From an uncultured Pseudomonadota bacterium (GTDB taxonomy: Bacteria; Pseudomonadota; Alphaproteobacteria; JACZXZ01), in NCBI GenBank assembly GCA_963749075.1, contig CAVVLJ010000021.1, forward strand, positions 384,001 through 448,000: DNA of 64,000 bases. Reading direction: 5' to 3'. The notes under the pieces are model-generated. The model was not told the DNA's origin, made no database searches, and was given only the letters and a program-made list of their open reading frames with translations. The position numbers were made by a program, and so were the translations under genes. Positions 29,935-39,596 of the stretch are shown piece after piece (positions within the stretch are counted from its first letter, which is position 1; each line of letters starts with the position of its first letter).

Positions 29935-30453
29935 ATGGTCAGAGCGGCACGGAAGGGCGGCGGCAGGCCGGCCGGCAAAGCGAGAGCAGCGCGACCTACG
30001 CCCACGCGGGGCGTGCGCCGGAGCACGCTCGCGGCTCTTGTCACGCTCACGAGCCGCCTCTTCGCGAGAGCCCTCCACGACCGCCTGGTGCCGCACGGCG
30101 TCGCCCCCGGCCAGCTCCCGGTTCTCCAGCGCCTGTGGGGCGGCGACGGCCTCACCCAGGCCGAGCTCGCGCGCGCGGTGCGCGTCGAGCAGCCGACCAT
30201 GGCGCGCACGCTCGACCGCATGGCGCGCGACGGCCTCATCGAGCGGGTGCCGAGCAAGAAGGACCGCCGCGCCTTCAACGTGCGCCTGACCGCGCGCGGC
30301 CGCGCCTTGCGCCGGGCGGTCGAGGGCGAGGCCGCGGCCGTCGAGCGCCTCGCCGTGGCCCCGCTCAAGCGGGACGCGCGGGACGGCCTCGCCCGGGCGC
30401 TCGCCCAGGTGGCCGAGCGCCTCGGCGCCACGGCCGGCGGCGAGGACGGCTGA
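29935..30453 (+). CDS. MarR family regulator
   Basis: LTQAELA..VRVEQPTMARTLDRM..DRR. Confidence 0.88.
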   Translation: MVRAARKGGGRPAGKARAARPTPTRGVRRSTLAALVTLTSRLFARALHDRLVPHGVAPGQLPVLQRLWGGDGLTQAELARAVRVEQPTMARTLDRMARDGLIERVPSKKDRRAFNVRLTARGRALRRAVEGEAAAVERLAVAPLKRDARDGLARALAQVAERLGATAGGEDG

Positions 30454-30471
30454 CGCCGGGCCCGCGCGGGC

Positions 30472-31761
30472 TCAGAGCCCGAGCAGCCGCGGCAGCCACA
30501 GCGAGATGGTCGGCACGTAGGTCACCAGCATCAGCACGAGGAACATGACCCCGTAGAAGGGCCAGATCTTCAGCATCACCTCCTCCATCTTCACCTTGCC
30601 GACGGCGCAGCCGACGAAGAGGATGGCGCCCACGGGCGGATGGCAGAGGCCGATGCCCAGGTTCAGCATCATGATCATGCCGAAATGCACCGGGTCGACG
30701 CCGAAGCTGGTGACCATGGGCAGCAGGATCGGCGTGCAGATGAGGATGGAGGGCGCCATGTCCATGACGCAGCCGAGCACGAGCAGCATGACGTTGATCA
30801 TCATGAGAATGACGTTCTTGTCGTGCGACAGCGTGAGGAAGAAGGCGGTGATGTGCGCCGGCATCTGCATGAGGGCCATGACGTAGCCGACGCTCGCGGC
30901 AAAGGCGATGAGCGTCATCACCATGGCGACCGTGCGCATGGTGCGGTGGACGAGGGCCGGCAGGTCGCGCCAGCGGTAGTCGCGGTAGATGAACATCGTC
31001 ACGAAGAAGGCCCAGACGCAGGCGACGGCACCCGCCTCGATCGCGGTGAAGATGCCGCCCAGGATGCCGCCCAGGATGATGGCGAGCGTAATCAGGCCCC
31101 AGAGCGCCTCGACCGAGAGCCTGAGCCCCTCGCGGAACGGCACGCGCTCGCCGCGCGGATGGCCGTGGCGGTAGGCGAGCGCCAGGCAAAGGATAAGAAG
31201 TGCGGTGCCGAGCAGGAGGCCGGGGACGACGCCGGCCATGAAGAGGGCGATGACCGAGATGGTGCCGCCGGTCGCCAGCGAATAGATGACCGCATTGTGG
31301 CTCGGTGGTACTAAGAGCGCCTGGACCGAGGCGGTGATCGTGACGTTGGTGGCGAAGACGCGCGGATAGCCGCTCTTCTCCATCTGGGGGATCATCACCG
31401 AGCCGATCGCCGAGGTGTCGGCCACCGCCGAGCCGGAGATGCCGGAGAGGAAGGTGGTGGCGATGATGTTGACCGCCGAGAGCCCGCCGCGCACGCGCGT
31501 CAGCCCGACGAGCACGTTGGCGAAGGCCACCAGGCGCCGCGCCATGCCGCCCTCCGCCATGATGGCGCCGGCCAGCACGAAGAAGGGAATGGTGAGCATG
31601 GCGAACTTCGAGACGCCGCTCGAGATCTGCAGCATCACCGCCTCGGGCGGGATGCCGAGGCGCCAGGCGCCGACGAGGGCGGCTAAGCCCAGCGAATAGG
31701 CGATCGGCACGCCGAGCGCGAAGAAGACGAAGAGGCTGCCCAGCACGAAGAGGATGTCCAC
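30472..31761 (-). CDS. TRAP transporter large permease DctM
   Basis: IPFFVLAG, SGSAVAD, VPPSHN, DPVHFG. Confidence 0.93.
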   Translation of the reverse strand: MDILFVLGSLFVFFALGVPIAYSLGLAALVGAWRLGIPPEAVMLQISSGVSKFAMLTIPFFVLAGAIMAEGGMARRLVAFANVLVGLTRVRGGLSAVNIIATTFLSGISGSAVADTSAIGSVMIPQMEKSGYPRVFATNVTITASVQALLVPPSHNAVIYSLATGGTISVIALFMAGVVPGLLLGTALLILCLALAYRHGHPRGERVPFREGLRLSVEALWGLITLAIILGGILGGIFTAIEAGAVACVWAFFVTMFIYRDYRWRDLPALVHRTMRTVAMVMTLIAFAASVGYVMALMQMPAHITAFFLTLSHDKNVILMMINVMLLVLGCVMDMAPSILICTPILLPMVTSFGVDPVHFGMIMMLNLGIGLCHPPVGAILFVGCAVGKVKMEEVMLKIWPFYGVMFLVLMLVTYVPTISLWLPRLLGL

Positions 31762-31780
31762 GCCCGTCCCCTCCCGGCGA

Positions 31781-32296
31781 CTACTCGAAGGCGGCGGCGC
31801 CGTTGCCGGCGGCCGCGTCCTCAGGCGGCGGCCCGATGAGGAGACGCTCGACGACGAAGAGAAGGGTGATGGCGCCGCCCGCCGGGATCGGCAGGTAGGT
31901 GACGCCGACCGAGAGGAAGGGGAACTCGTCGATCACCTGGTGCCAGGTGGTCTCGACCAGCCCCAGGCCCCAGATCAGCATGAAGATGCTGATGAGCGCC
32001 ATGAGGAGCTCGGCCACGATCTCGAGCGCCCGCCGGCCCAAGGGCGGCAGCAGATGGGCGACCACGGTCACGCGCATGTGCAGATTGACGCGGTAGCACG
32101 CCGCGGCACCGAAGAAGGTGAGCACGATGGCAAGCAGGATCGCCATCGGCTCGGGCCAGGAGGCGGCGTGGTTGAGCACGTAGCGCGTATAGACGCCCCA
32201 GGGGATCACCGCGGAGATGAGCACGAGCGAGAGGCCGGAGATGAGGATGCAGAGCAGATAGAGAGCGTCCATCGCCCTGCGCAATGCGCGCGCCAT
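31781..32296 (-). CDS. TRAP transporter small permease DctQ
   Basis: VYTRYVLN..SWPEP, four TM helices. Confidence 0.9.
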   Translation of the reverse strand: MARALRRAMDALYLLCILISGLSLVLISAVIPWGVYTRYVLNHAASWPEPMAILLAIVLTFFGAAACYRVNLHMRVTVVAHLLPPLGRRALEIVAELLMALISIFMLIWGLGLVETTWHQVIDEFPFLSVGVTYLPIPAGGAITLLFVVERLLIGPPPEDAAAGNGAAAFE

Positions 32297-32332
32297 CGCC
32301 TTCTCCTTTCGCCGGCCCGACGGCCGAGGGTT

Positions 32333-32450
32333 CCCTCACCCGGCTCGCTTGCGCTCGCCGCCCTCTCCCGCAAGCGGGAGAGGGCTAGTAACTCCCTCTC
32401 CCGCTTGCGGGAGAGGGGGACCCGCGGCCAAAGGCCGCGGGGGGTGAGGG
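32333..32450. repeat. Repeat family A variant (CCCTCTCCCGCAAGCGGGAGAGGG doublet with internal hairpins)
   Basis: CCCTCACCCGG..CCCTCTCCCGCAAGCGGGAGAGGG / CCCTCTCCCGCTTGCGGGAGAGGG..GGGTGAGGG. Confidence 0.85.
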
Positions 32451-32464
32451 ATAAGCGCCGCCCC

Positions 32465-33472
32465 CTACTTCACCGCCTCGATGCGCGTGATGAGTGCCGC
32501 GTATTTGGCGCCGTACTTGTCCCACACCGGCTTGACCGCCTTCTGGAACGGCGTCTTGTCCGCGATCTGCTCAACGTCGATGTTGGCCGCCTTCATCTTC
32601 GCGAAGGCGTCCTTCTCCTTGGCGTCCCAGAGCGTGCGCTCCTCCATCTGCGCCTCGCGGGCGAGCTTCATGATGAGCGACTGGTCGTCCTTGGAGAGAG
32701 CGTCCCAGCTCTTGCGCGAGAAGACGAGTATCTCGGGCACGATGAGGTGCTCGGTCAGCGTGTAGTGCTTGGCGACCTGGTAGTGGTTGTCGAACACGTA
32801 GCTCGGCGGGTTGTTCTCGGCACCGTCCACGACGCCCGTCTGCAGCGCGCTGAACACCTGGTCGTAGCCCATGGGCACGCCGTTGGCGCCGAGCGCGTTC
32901 ATCATGTCGACGAACATGGGGTTGCCCATGACGCGCACCTTGAGGCCCTTCAGGTCCTCGATGCTCTTGATCGGCCTCTTGGTGTCGTAGAGGCTGCGCG
33001 CGCCGGCGTCCATCCAGCACAGGCCCACGAGGTGCGTGTTCGGGTTGTCGGTGACCTTGGCGAGCAGCTCATTGCCGATCTCGCCGTCGATCACCTTGCG
33101 CATGTGCGCCGTGTCGCGGAAGAGGAACGGCAGGTTGAAGACGTTGAGGTCGTCGACCACGGGCCCCAAGGCACCTACGCTCACGCGCGCGATCTGCAGC
33201 GCCCCTACCTGCGCCTGCTCGATCGCCTCCTTCTCGCCGCCGAGCTGCATGGAGGGGTACATCTGGATGCTGAGGCGGCCGCCCGTGGCCGCGGAGAGCT
33301 TCTTCCCCATGTCCTCGACCGCCACCACGGTCGGGTAGCCGGGCGGATGCACGTCGGAGGCCTTGAGCACCATCTTCGCCTGCGCCTCCGCAGGCCCCGC
33401 CGGCAGCGCGGCCGCGACGCCGAGGGCGAGCGCCGCACCGGCCAGCATGAGCACCTTGCGTCTCTCGGTCAT
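32465..33472 (-). CDS. TRAP substrate-binding protein DctP
   Basis: DVHPPGYPT, LKGLKVRV, GVVDGAENN. Confidence 0.93.
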   Translation of the reverse strand: MTERRKVLMLAGAALALGVAAALPAGPAEAQAKMVLKASDVHPPGYPTVVAVEDMGKKLSAATGGRLSIQMYPSMQLGGEKEAIEQAQVGALQIARVSVGALGPVVDDLNVFNLPFLFRDTAHMRKVIDGEIGNELLAKVTDNPNTHLVGLCWMDAGARSLYDTKRPIKSIEDLKGLKVRVMGNPMFVDMMNALGANGVPMGYDQVFSALQTGVVDGAENNPPSYVFDNHYQVAKHYTLTEHLIVPEILVFSRKSWDALSKDDQSLIMKLAREAQMEERTLWDAKEKDAFAKMKAANIDVEQIADKTPFQKAVKPVWDKYGAKYAALITRIEAVK

Positions 33473-33634
33473 GTCGTCCTCCCTGTTCGAGCTCGCCGAC
33501 CGCGGATTCTGCCGCGCCGCACGGGCGGAGCCGGATTGACCGCCGTCCCTGAGCCGTGCTACGGTCGAGTCATATTATCACCATATCACAGGATGACCCT
33601 AGCATTGGCCAGGCGCCTTGACAAGCTCGCGGTG

Positions 33635-34414
33635 ATGCGGCCGGTCGTGCCGCAGCGCAACCTCACGCGCGCGATCGCCGAAAGCCTAGCCGCGGAGATC
33701 AAGGGCGGCAAGCTCGAACCGGGTGCGCGGCTGCCGACCGAGCAGGCGATGGTCGCCGCCATGGGGGTGAGCCGCACCGTGGTGCGCGAGGCCGTGGCGG
33801 CGTTGCGCGCCGAGGGACTGGTGGTGACGCGGCAGGGCGCCGGCGCCTTCGTGGCGACCGACATCTGGCGCCGCCCCTTCCGCCTCGCGGGCGGGGAGCA
33901 GCTCGGCGTCGGCCACGTCCTCAATGTCATGGAGCTGCGCGCGAGCGTCGAGGCGGAGGCGGCGGGGCTTGCCGCCGCGCGCGCCACCCCGGCCGCGCGC
34001 CGCCACGTCGCCCGGGCGTTGGCGGCGATCGACGCCGCGATCCGGCGCGGCGAGAGCGCGGTCGACGAGGACTTCGCCTTCCACCGCGCGATCGCGCTCG
34101 CCACCGGCAATCCGCAGTTCTCGCACTTCCTCGAATATCTCGGCCGCTTCATCATCCCGCGCCAGAGCATCCGCATGGCGGCGCACCAGGGGAGCGGCCA
34201 GCGCGCCTACCTCGAGCTCATCCAGCACGAGCACCGCGCCATCTTCGCCGCCATCGCCGCGGGCGAGGCCAAGGCCGCGCGCGAGGCCATGCGCCGGCAC
34301 CTCGCCAACAGCCAGGCGCGCTACCGGCGCTTCGCCGACGGCATGCCGCCGCCGCGGCCGCGCCCGCCCGCCGCGCGCCGTCCGCCGCCCGGCGGCCGGC
34401 CCGCCCACTCATAA
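33635..34414 (+). CDS. GntR/FadR family regulator
   Basis: LPTEQAMV..MGVSRTVVREA..RQGAGAFV; FCD domain DFAFH...EH. Confidence 0.92.
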   Translation: MRPVVPQRNLTRAIAESLAAEIKGGKLEPGARLPTEQAMVAAMGVSRTVVREAVAALRAEGLVVTRQGAGAFVATDIWRRPFRLAGGEQLGVGHVLNVMELRASVEAEAAGLAAARATPAARRHVARALAAIDAAIRRGESAVDEDFAFHRAIALATGNPQFSHFLEYLGRFIIPRQSIRMAAHQGSGQRAYLELIQHEHRAIFAAIAAGEAKAAREAMRRHLANSQARYRRFADGMPPPRPRPPAARRPPPGGRPAHS

Positions 34415-34437
34415 CAGCGCACAGGGAGGATCAAGCC

Positions 34438-35439
34438 ATGGACCGCAGGACGTTCATCAAGGGCAGCATCGGGCTCGGCGCGCTCGCCGGCGCCCCCTAC
34501 GTGGCGCTGGGGCAGACGCCGGTGACGCTGCGCTTCGCGCACTTCGCGGCGGAGGACCATCCCGCCAACATCGCCGCCAAGCAGTTCGCGGCCAAGGTCG
34601 AGGCGCGCACCGGGGGTGCGATCAAGATCGCCATCTTCCCCAACAACGCGCTCGGCTCGCCCGACGAGCAGGCGGAGCAGACGCGCCTCGGCGCCATCGA
34701 CATCTCGGTGCCGACGCAAGGGCAGCTCGACAAGTACGACAAGGCGTTCTCCACGGTGATGCTGCCCTTCATCTACGACAACCTCGAGCACGTCCACCGC
34801 GTGCTCGACGGCCCCGCCATGGCCTGGTTCGCCCCGCTCGCCGAGAAGCAGGGCTTCGTCATCATGGCCAACTGGGAATACGGCTTCCGCAACCTCACCA
34901 ACAACAAGCGCCCGATCAACGGGCCCGACGACGTGAAGGGGCTCAAGATCCGCACGCCGCCGGAGATCGAGCTGCAGGCGACCATGGAGGCGCTCGGCGC
35001 CGTGGTGACCAAGATCTCCTTCCCCGAGCTCTATCTCGCACTCTCCCAGAAGGTCGTCGACGGCGAGGAGAACCCGGTCGCGGTGATCTTCTTCAACAAG
35101 TACTACGAGGTGCAGAACCACCTGGCGCTCACCCGGCACGTCTACAACAGCATGATCAACTGCATGGGCGTCAAGAGCTGGGCCAAGCTCACGCCTCAGC
35201 AGCAGACCATCTTCCGCGAGGAGAGCAAATCCGCGGGCGATCTCATGCGCCGGCTCATGGCCGAGCAGGAGGCCGAGCAGATCAAGAAGCTCGCGGGCTT
35301 CGGCATGAAGATCACGGAGCCCGATCTGGCGCCCTTCCGCGCCAAGATGGAGCCCGCCTACAAGCGCATCGGAGACTATGCCGGCGCGGACAACGTGAAG
35401 AAGTATCTCGCCCTTGTCGCCGAGGCGCGCAAGGCGTAG
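34438..35439 (+). CDS. TRAP substrate-binding protein DctP (Tat signal)
   Basis: MDRRTFI; GLKIRT; VDGEENP. Confidence 0.93.
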   Translation: MDRRTFIKGSIGLGALAGAPYVALGQTPVTLRFAHFAAEDHPANIAAKQFAAKVEARTGGAIKIAIFPNNALGSPDEQAEQTRLGAIDISVPTQGQLDKYDKAFSTVMLPFIYDNLEHVHRVLDGPAMAWFAPLAEKQGFVIMANWEYGFRNLTNNKRPINGPDDVKGLKIRTPPEIELQATMEALGAVVTKISFPELYLALSQKVVDGEENPVAVIFFNKYYEVQNHLALTRHVYNSMINCMGVKSWAKLTPQQQTIFREESKSAGDLMRRLMAEQEAEQIKKLAGFGMKITEPDLAPFRAKMEPAYKRIGDYAGADNVKKYLALVAEARKA

Positions 35440-35499
35440 GGCAGTGCGGCGGCGCGCGCCGCCGGACGAGCGAGAGGGCCGCAAGCGGAGTGCCGCCAA

Positions 35500-36786
35500 G
35501 TGATCATCGCGCTCATCTTCGCGGCCCTCGTGCTTCTCATCGTGCTCGGGCTCCCCATCGCGGTCGCCATGGGGATCACGACGATCGCCGCCATGCTGGC
35601 GCTCGGCGACACGCAGCTCCTCGTCGTCGTGCCGCAGCGCATCTATTCCGCCACCACGGCGTTCCCGCTGCTCGCCATCCCGTTCTTCATCTTCGCCGGC
35701 AACCTGATGAACACCGGCGGCATGACCGACCGCATCTTCCGCCTGGCGCGCGCTTGCGTCGGCCACATCAAGGGCGGGCTCGGCCACGTCAACGTGGTGG
35801 CCTCGATGATCTTCTCCGGCATGTCGGGTGCGGCGCTGGCCAACGCCATGGGGGTCGGCGTCGTCACCATCAACGCGATGGAGAAGGGCGGCTACGACCG
35901 CCGCTTCGCCGCGGCGATCAGCGCTGCGTCCGCCACCATCGGACCGGTGATCCCGCCCTCGATCCCCTTGGTGATCTTCGGCGCCATCACCGGCGTCTCG
36001 GTCGGGCGCCTCTTCCTCGGCGGCGTGGTGCCGGGCCTCATCATGGGCCTCGTGCTGATGGCGGTCGTCTACATCGTGGCCCACCGCCGGGGCTATCCCA
36101 GGGAGCCGCGCGCCACGCTCGCCGAATTCTGGCAGGGCCTGGTCGCGGGCGTCCTGGCGCTCGCCATGCCGGTCATGGTGGTGGGCGGCATCCTCTCCGG
36201 CGCCTTCACGCCGACCGAGGCCTCGGTCGTGGCCTCGCTCTACGCCCTCCTCCTCGGCATCTTCGTCTACCGCGAGATCGGCTGGCGCTCGCTCGGCCGC
36301 GTCATCTGGGAATCGGTCGATCAGACCATCCGCGTCATGTTCATCATCGCGACCGCGGGCGTCTTCGGCTGGTACCTCGTCTATCTCGGCGCCCCCGACA
36401 AGATCATCCACGGGCTCCTCGCCTTTTCCCAGGACCCCTGGATGGTGCTGACCATCATCAACCTGGTGCTGCTCGTGCTGGGCTGTTTCATGGAGGGCAC
36501 GGCGATCATGCTGCTCACCGTCCCGGTGCTCATGCCGGTGATCGCCAAGGTCGGCATCGACCCGGTGCATTTCGGCGTCATGATGACGCTCAACCTCATG
36601 ATCGGCATGCTCACCCCGCCCGTCGGCATGGTGCTCTATGCCATCTCGAGCGTCGGCAAGGTGCCGGTCTGGCGCCTCGCGCACGAGCTCATCCCCTATA
36701 TCGCGGCGCTCATGGTGGCGCTCGCCATCGTCAGCTACGTGCCGGAGGTCGTGGTGTGGCTGCCCAACCTGCTGATGGGCCGCTGA
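35500..36786 (+). CDS. TRAP large permease DctM
   Basis: LLAIPFF, IPPSIP, DPVHFG, TPPVG. Confidence 0.93.
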   Translation: MIIALIFAALVLLIVLGLPIAVAMGITTIAAMLALGDTQLLVVVPQRIYSATTAFPLLAIPFFIFAGNLMNTGGMTDRIFRLARACVGHIKGGLGHVNVVASMIFSGMSGAALANAMGVGVVTINAMEKGGYDRRFAAAISAASATIGPVIPPSIPLVIFGAITGVSVGRLFLGGVVPGLIMGLVLMAVVYIVAHRRGYPREPRATLAEFWQGLVAGVLALAMPVMVVGGILSGAFTPTEASVVASLYALLLGIFVYREIGWRSLGRVIWESVDQTIRVMFIIATAGVFGWYLVYLGAPDKIIHGLLAFSQDPWMVLTIINLVLLVLGCFMEGTAIMLLTVPVLMPVIAKVGIDPVHFGVMMTLNLMIGMLTPPVGMVLYAISSVGKVPVWRLAHELIPYIAALMVALAIVSYVPEVVVWLPNLLMGR

Positions 36787-37265
36787 TGCTGGCGCGGCTC
36801 GAGCGCGGCTTCGGCATGCTCTTGCGGCTGATCGCCGCCGGGAGCTTCGTGGTGCTGCTCCTCCTCGTCGCCTTCATCGTCGCGGTGCGCGAGTTCCCTT
36901 ACGTGTCGAGCGGCTGGACGGACGAGCTCGTCGAGCTCGCCTTCGCCTGGATGATCTTCGTCGGCAGCGCGGCGCTCGTGCGCGAGCGCCTGCATTTCCG
37001 CGCCGACATGGTCCTCATCGCCCTCAAGGGCACGCGCGCGGGGCGCCTCCTCGACCTCGCCCTCAAGGCGCTCTCGGTCGTCTTCTTCGCCGCCTTCACG
37101 CTGCTCTCGTGGGATCTCGCGGCCTCGGCGACCAACACCTCGCCCGAGCTCGACCTGCCGCGCGTGCTGTGGTACGGCGTCATGCCGGTCTCGGGGGCGA
37201 TCATGCTGGCCTATGGCTTGCGCGATCTCTTCGAGCGGGAGCGAGGACGCCATGACGGAGACTGA
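36786..37265 (+). CDS. TRAP small permease DctQ
   Basis: WTDELVELAFAWMIFVGSA...HF, four TM helices. Confidence 0.85.
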   Translation: MLARLERGFGMLLRLIAAGSFVVLLLLVAFIVAVREFPYVSSGWTDELVELAFAWMIFVGSAALVRERLHFRADMVLIALKGTRAGRLLDLALKALSVVFFAAFTLLSWDLAASATNTSPELDLPRVLWYGVMPVSGAIMLAYGLRDLFERERGRHDGD

Positions 37266-38100
37266 TGCCACCATCGCGGAGCGCATTGCTGCCTACCGCC
37301 GCCTCTTCGATCTCTCCGGCAAGACGGCGCTCGTGCTGGGTGCTGCCTCCGGCATCGGCAAGGCCTCGGCCGAGGCGCTCGCCGCCCTCGGCGCCACGGT
37401 CATCGCGGCGGACCGGGACAAGGCGGGCCTCGAGGCGACCGCGGCCGAGCTCAGGGGCCGCGGCGGCGGCGAGGCCCATGTGGTCGACGCCGGCAGCGCT
37501 GGCGACATCGCCGCCCTTGCCGCCGCCATCAAGGCCCGCCACGCGCGGCTCGACATCGCCTTCACCACGCCAGCCGTGCACGTCCGCAAGCCCATGCTCG
37601 ACTACGAGGATGCGGAGTACGACCGCGTGGCCGACCTCAACCTGCGCGGCACCTTCTATTTCCTCCGCGCCTTCGGCCGCATGATGTGCGCGCAAGGCGG
37701 CGGCAGCCTGATCGCGAGCTCGTCGGTGCGCGCGACCACCCTCGAGCCCGGCCTCGCCATCTATGGCGCCACCAAGGCCGGCATCATCCAGATGGTGCGC
37801 GGGCTCGCCTCCGAGGTCGGGAGCTTCGGCGTGCGCGTCAACGCCATCGTGCCGAGCATCGTCGAGACGCCGCTCGTGGCGCCGCTCAAGGTGCTGCCCG
37901 GGATCTTCGCCAAGCTCGCCGCCCATACGGTTTTCCAGCGCTGGAGCCGGCCGAGCGAGGTCGCGGCGGCCGTGGCCTTCCTCGCCTCGGACGCCGCGAG
38001 CTACGTCACCGGCAGCGCCCTTCTCGTCGACGGCGGCTGGACCGCCATCGACGGCCCGCCCTCGGGCCTCACCTCGACGCATGCGGCGATGCCTCCATGA
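37252..38100 (+). CDS. SDR oxidoreductase
   Basis: GAASGIG, YGATK, VDGG. Confidence 0.9.
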   Translation: MTETDATIAERIAAYRRLFDLSGKTALVLGAASGIGKASAEALAALGATVIAADRDKAGLEATAAELRGRGGGEAHVVDAGSAGDIAALAAAIKARHARLDIAFTTPAVHVRKPMLDYEDAEYDRVADLNLRGTFYFLRAFGRMMCAQGGGSLIASSSVRATTLEPGLAIYGATKAGIIQMVRGLASEVGSFGVRVNAIVPSIVETPLVAPLKVLPGIFAKLAAHTVFQRWSRPSEVAAAVAFLASDAASYVTGSALLVDGGWTAIDGPPSGLTSTHAAMPP

Positions 38101-38116
38101 TGAAGGAAGTGCCGGC

Positions 38117-38365
38117 ATGATGAAGGACGTGCCGGTCCGGCTCGAGGACATCTATGTGCCGGCGGCGCTGCGCAAGGCGCTCGACCTCAAGAAGGTCGAG
38201 GCCATCGCCGAAAGCATCATCGAGCACGGCCAGCAGAGCCCGATCCAAGTACGCCGCGACAAGGAGCGCTATGTCCTGGTGACCGGGCTCCACCGCCTCG
38301 AAGCGCTGCGCCTCTTGGGCGAGGAGACGGTTCTGGCGCTCATCGTGAGCGCGCGGCAGCACTGA
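38117..38365 (+). CDS. Small stand-alone ParB/Srx N-terminal domain protein
   Basis: IAESIIEHGQQSPIQV...LVTGLHRLEA. Confidence 0.85.
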   Translation: MMKDVPVRLEDIYVPAALRKALDLKKVEAIAESIIEHGQQSPIQVRRDKERYVLVTGLHRLEALRLLGEETVLALIVSARQH

Positions 38366-38462
38366 GCGGGGGGCCTCGGCCTCCTCGCGGGACGCGGGCG
38401 TCCCACAAGAGGCCGAGAGTGCGCGCCTTGCCCGTCGAAATCGTGCTGGCCCGATGAATGCG

Positions 38463-38867
38463 TCAGGCCAGGTCCGCCTCGCAAGACTGGCAGCGCTCTA
38501 TCTCCAGAAGGCGATCGAACATCTCGGCGTTCGGGCAAAAGTCCTTATATCCGCCGTCCTCCCTGTCCGCGGCGAGCCATTGCCGGCAAGACTGGCGCCG
38601 CGAGCAATCGATGCAATTCAAATAAAGCTCGAGGCGTGCTGCGGCCTTCAGGGGAGCGGCGTCCGAATCGAGGCCGACGCGCGCCAGCATGCCGTCGAAT
38701 TCCTCGACGGCGCTCAGGGACACCTCGGCCAGGCGCGCCATCTGTTCGGGCCTCGCATCGGTATCCCTGGTCAGGGATAGCTTGTCCAGCCGGCTCCCGG
38801 CCGCGTCCATGATTCGGCGCTGACGCCAGTCGTAGAGCACCGCTTTCCACTTCGGGATATTGCCCAT
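38463..38867 (-). CDS. DUF6455-like 4-Cys protein
   Basis: MLARVGL...CIDCSRRQSCRQWL...FCPN. Confidence 0.78.
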   Translation of the reverse strand: MGNIPKWKAVLYDWRQRRIMDAAGSRLDKLSLTRDTDARPEQMARLAEVSLSAVEEFDGMLARVGLDSDAAPLKAAARLELYLNCIDCSRRQSCRQWLAADREDGGYKDFCPNAEMFDRLLEIERCQSCEADLA

Positions 38868-38927
38868 TTTCCTGCCTCCGGCATTCCTCCAGCAGGGACA
38901 GACTGCACGGGAAGGCTCGGCTCGGTT

Positions 38928-38941
38928 TTGATTTGGATCAA
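38928..38941. promoter_or_regulatory. FNR/FixK box
   Basis: TTGAT-TTGG-ATCAA, perfect consensus. Confidence 0.85.
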
Positions 38942-38986
38942 CTCGAAACGGGCCGGCTGCCGCCGGGACGGCCGAGCGTGCCGCTC

Positions 38987-39000
38987 TTGATATGGATCAA
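38987..39000. promoter_or_regulatory. FNR/FixK box
   Basis: TTGAT-ATGG-ATCAA, perfect consensus. Confidence 0.85.
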
Positions 39001-39059
39001 AGCGCGATCGGCCTCGGACGGTTAACTATCATCGGCCCAATTCCAAGGGAGCGAGTGGC

Positions 39060-39557
39060 ATGCAAGCCTCGTTTGCTGCAAAGGAGCAGGCCGCCGGCGC
39101 TGCGCGGCCGAGGACGCTTGCAGCGCGGCTGGGTGGATTCGTCGCTCATTATGCGCGGGGAGCGCTCGGCTGCGTCGCCGCCTGGCGGGAGCGCCGCACG
39201 CTCGCGCGCGAGCTCGCGAGCCTGGATGACCGGGAGCTTTCGGATGTCGGCCTGATGCGCTATCAAATCCCGCTCTTCGTGAAAGCGCACCCGAGCGCGG
39301 AACGCCTGCTGGCCGAGATGCTCGCGCGGCTCGGGCTAGCTGTCGACGAGCAGCTCGGCAATCGCTTGATGCACGGCGATGTTTACCGCAATTGTGCGCT
39401 GTGCAGGGAGCACGGTCGTTGCCGCCGCTGGCTCAAGGCAGCGGGCGCCGTCGCGGCCGCACCGGCATTTTGTCCGAATGCCTGGACGTTCAGGCAATTG
39501 CTCGAGGCCAGGCGGACAAATAGCCAAGCCGTATCGAGCCCTTCCCAAGGCAATTGA
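39060..39557 (+). CDS. DUF1127-like + DUF6455-like fusion protein
   Basis: WRERRTLARELASLDDRELSDVGL (DUF1127) followed by MLARLGL...CALCREHGRCRRWL...FCPN. Confidence 0.78.
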   Translation: MQASFAAKEQAAGAARPRTLAARLGGFVAHYARGALGCVAAWRERRTLARELASLDDRELSDVGLMRYQIPLFVKAHPSAERLLAEMLARLGLAVDEQLGNRLMHGDVYRNCALCREHGRCRRWLKAAGAVAAAPAFCPNAWTFRQLLEARRTNSQAVSSPSQGN

Positions 39558-39596
39558 GCCCGGCCTCGCCATGCCTCGCGCGTCTGTCGCGTGAGC

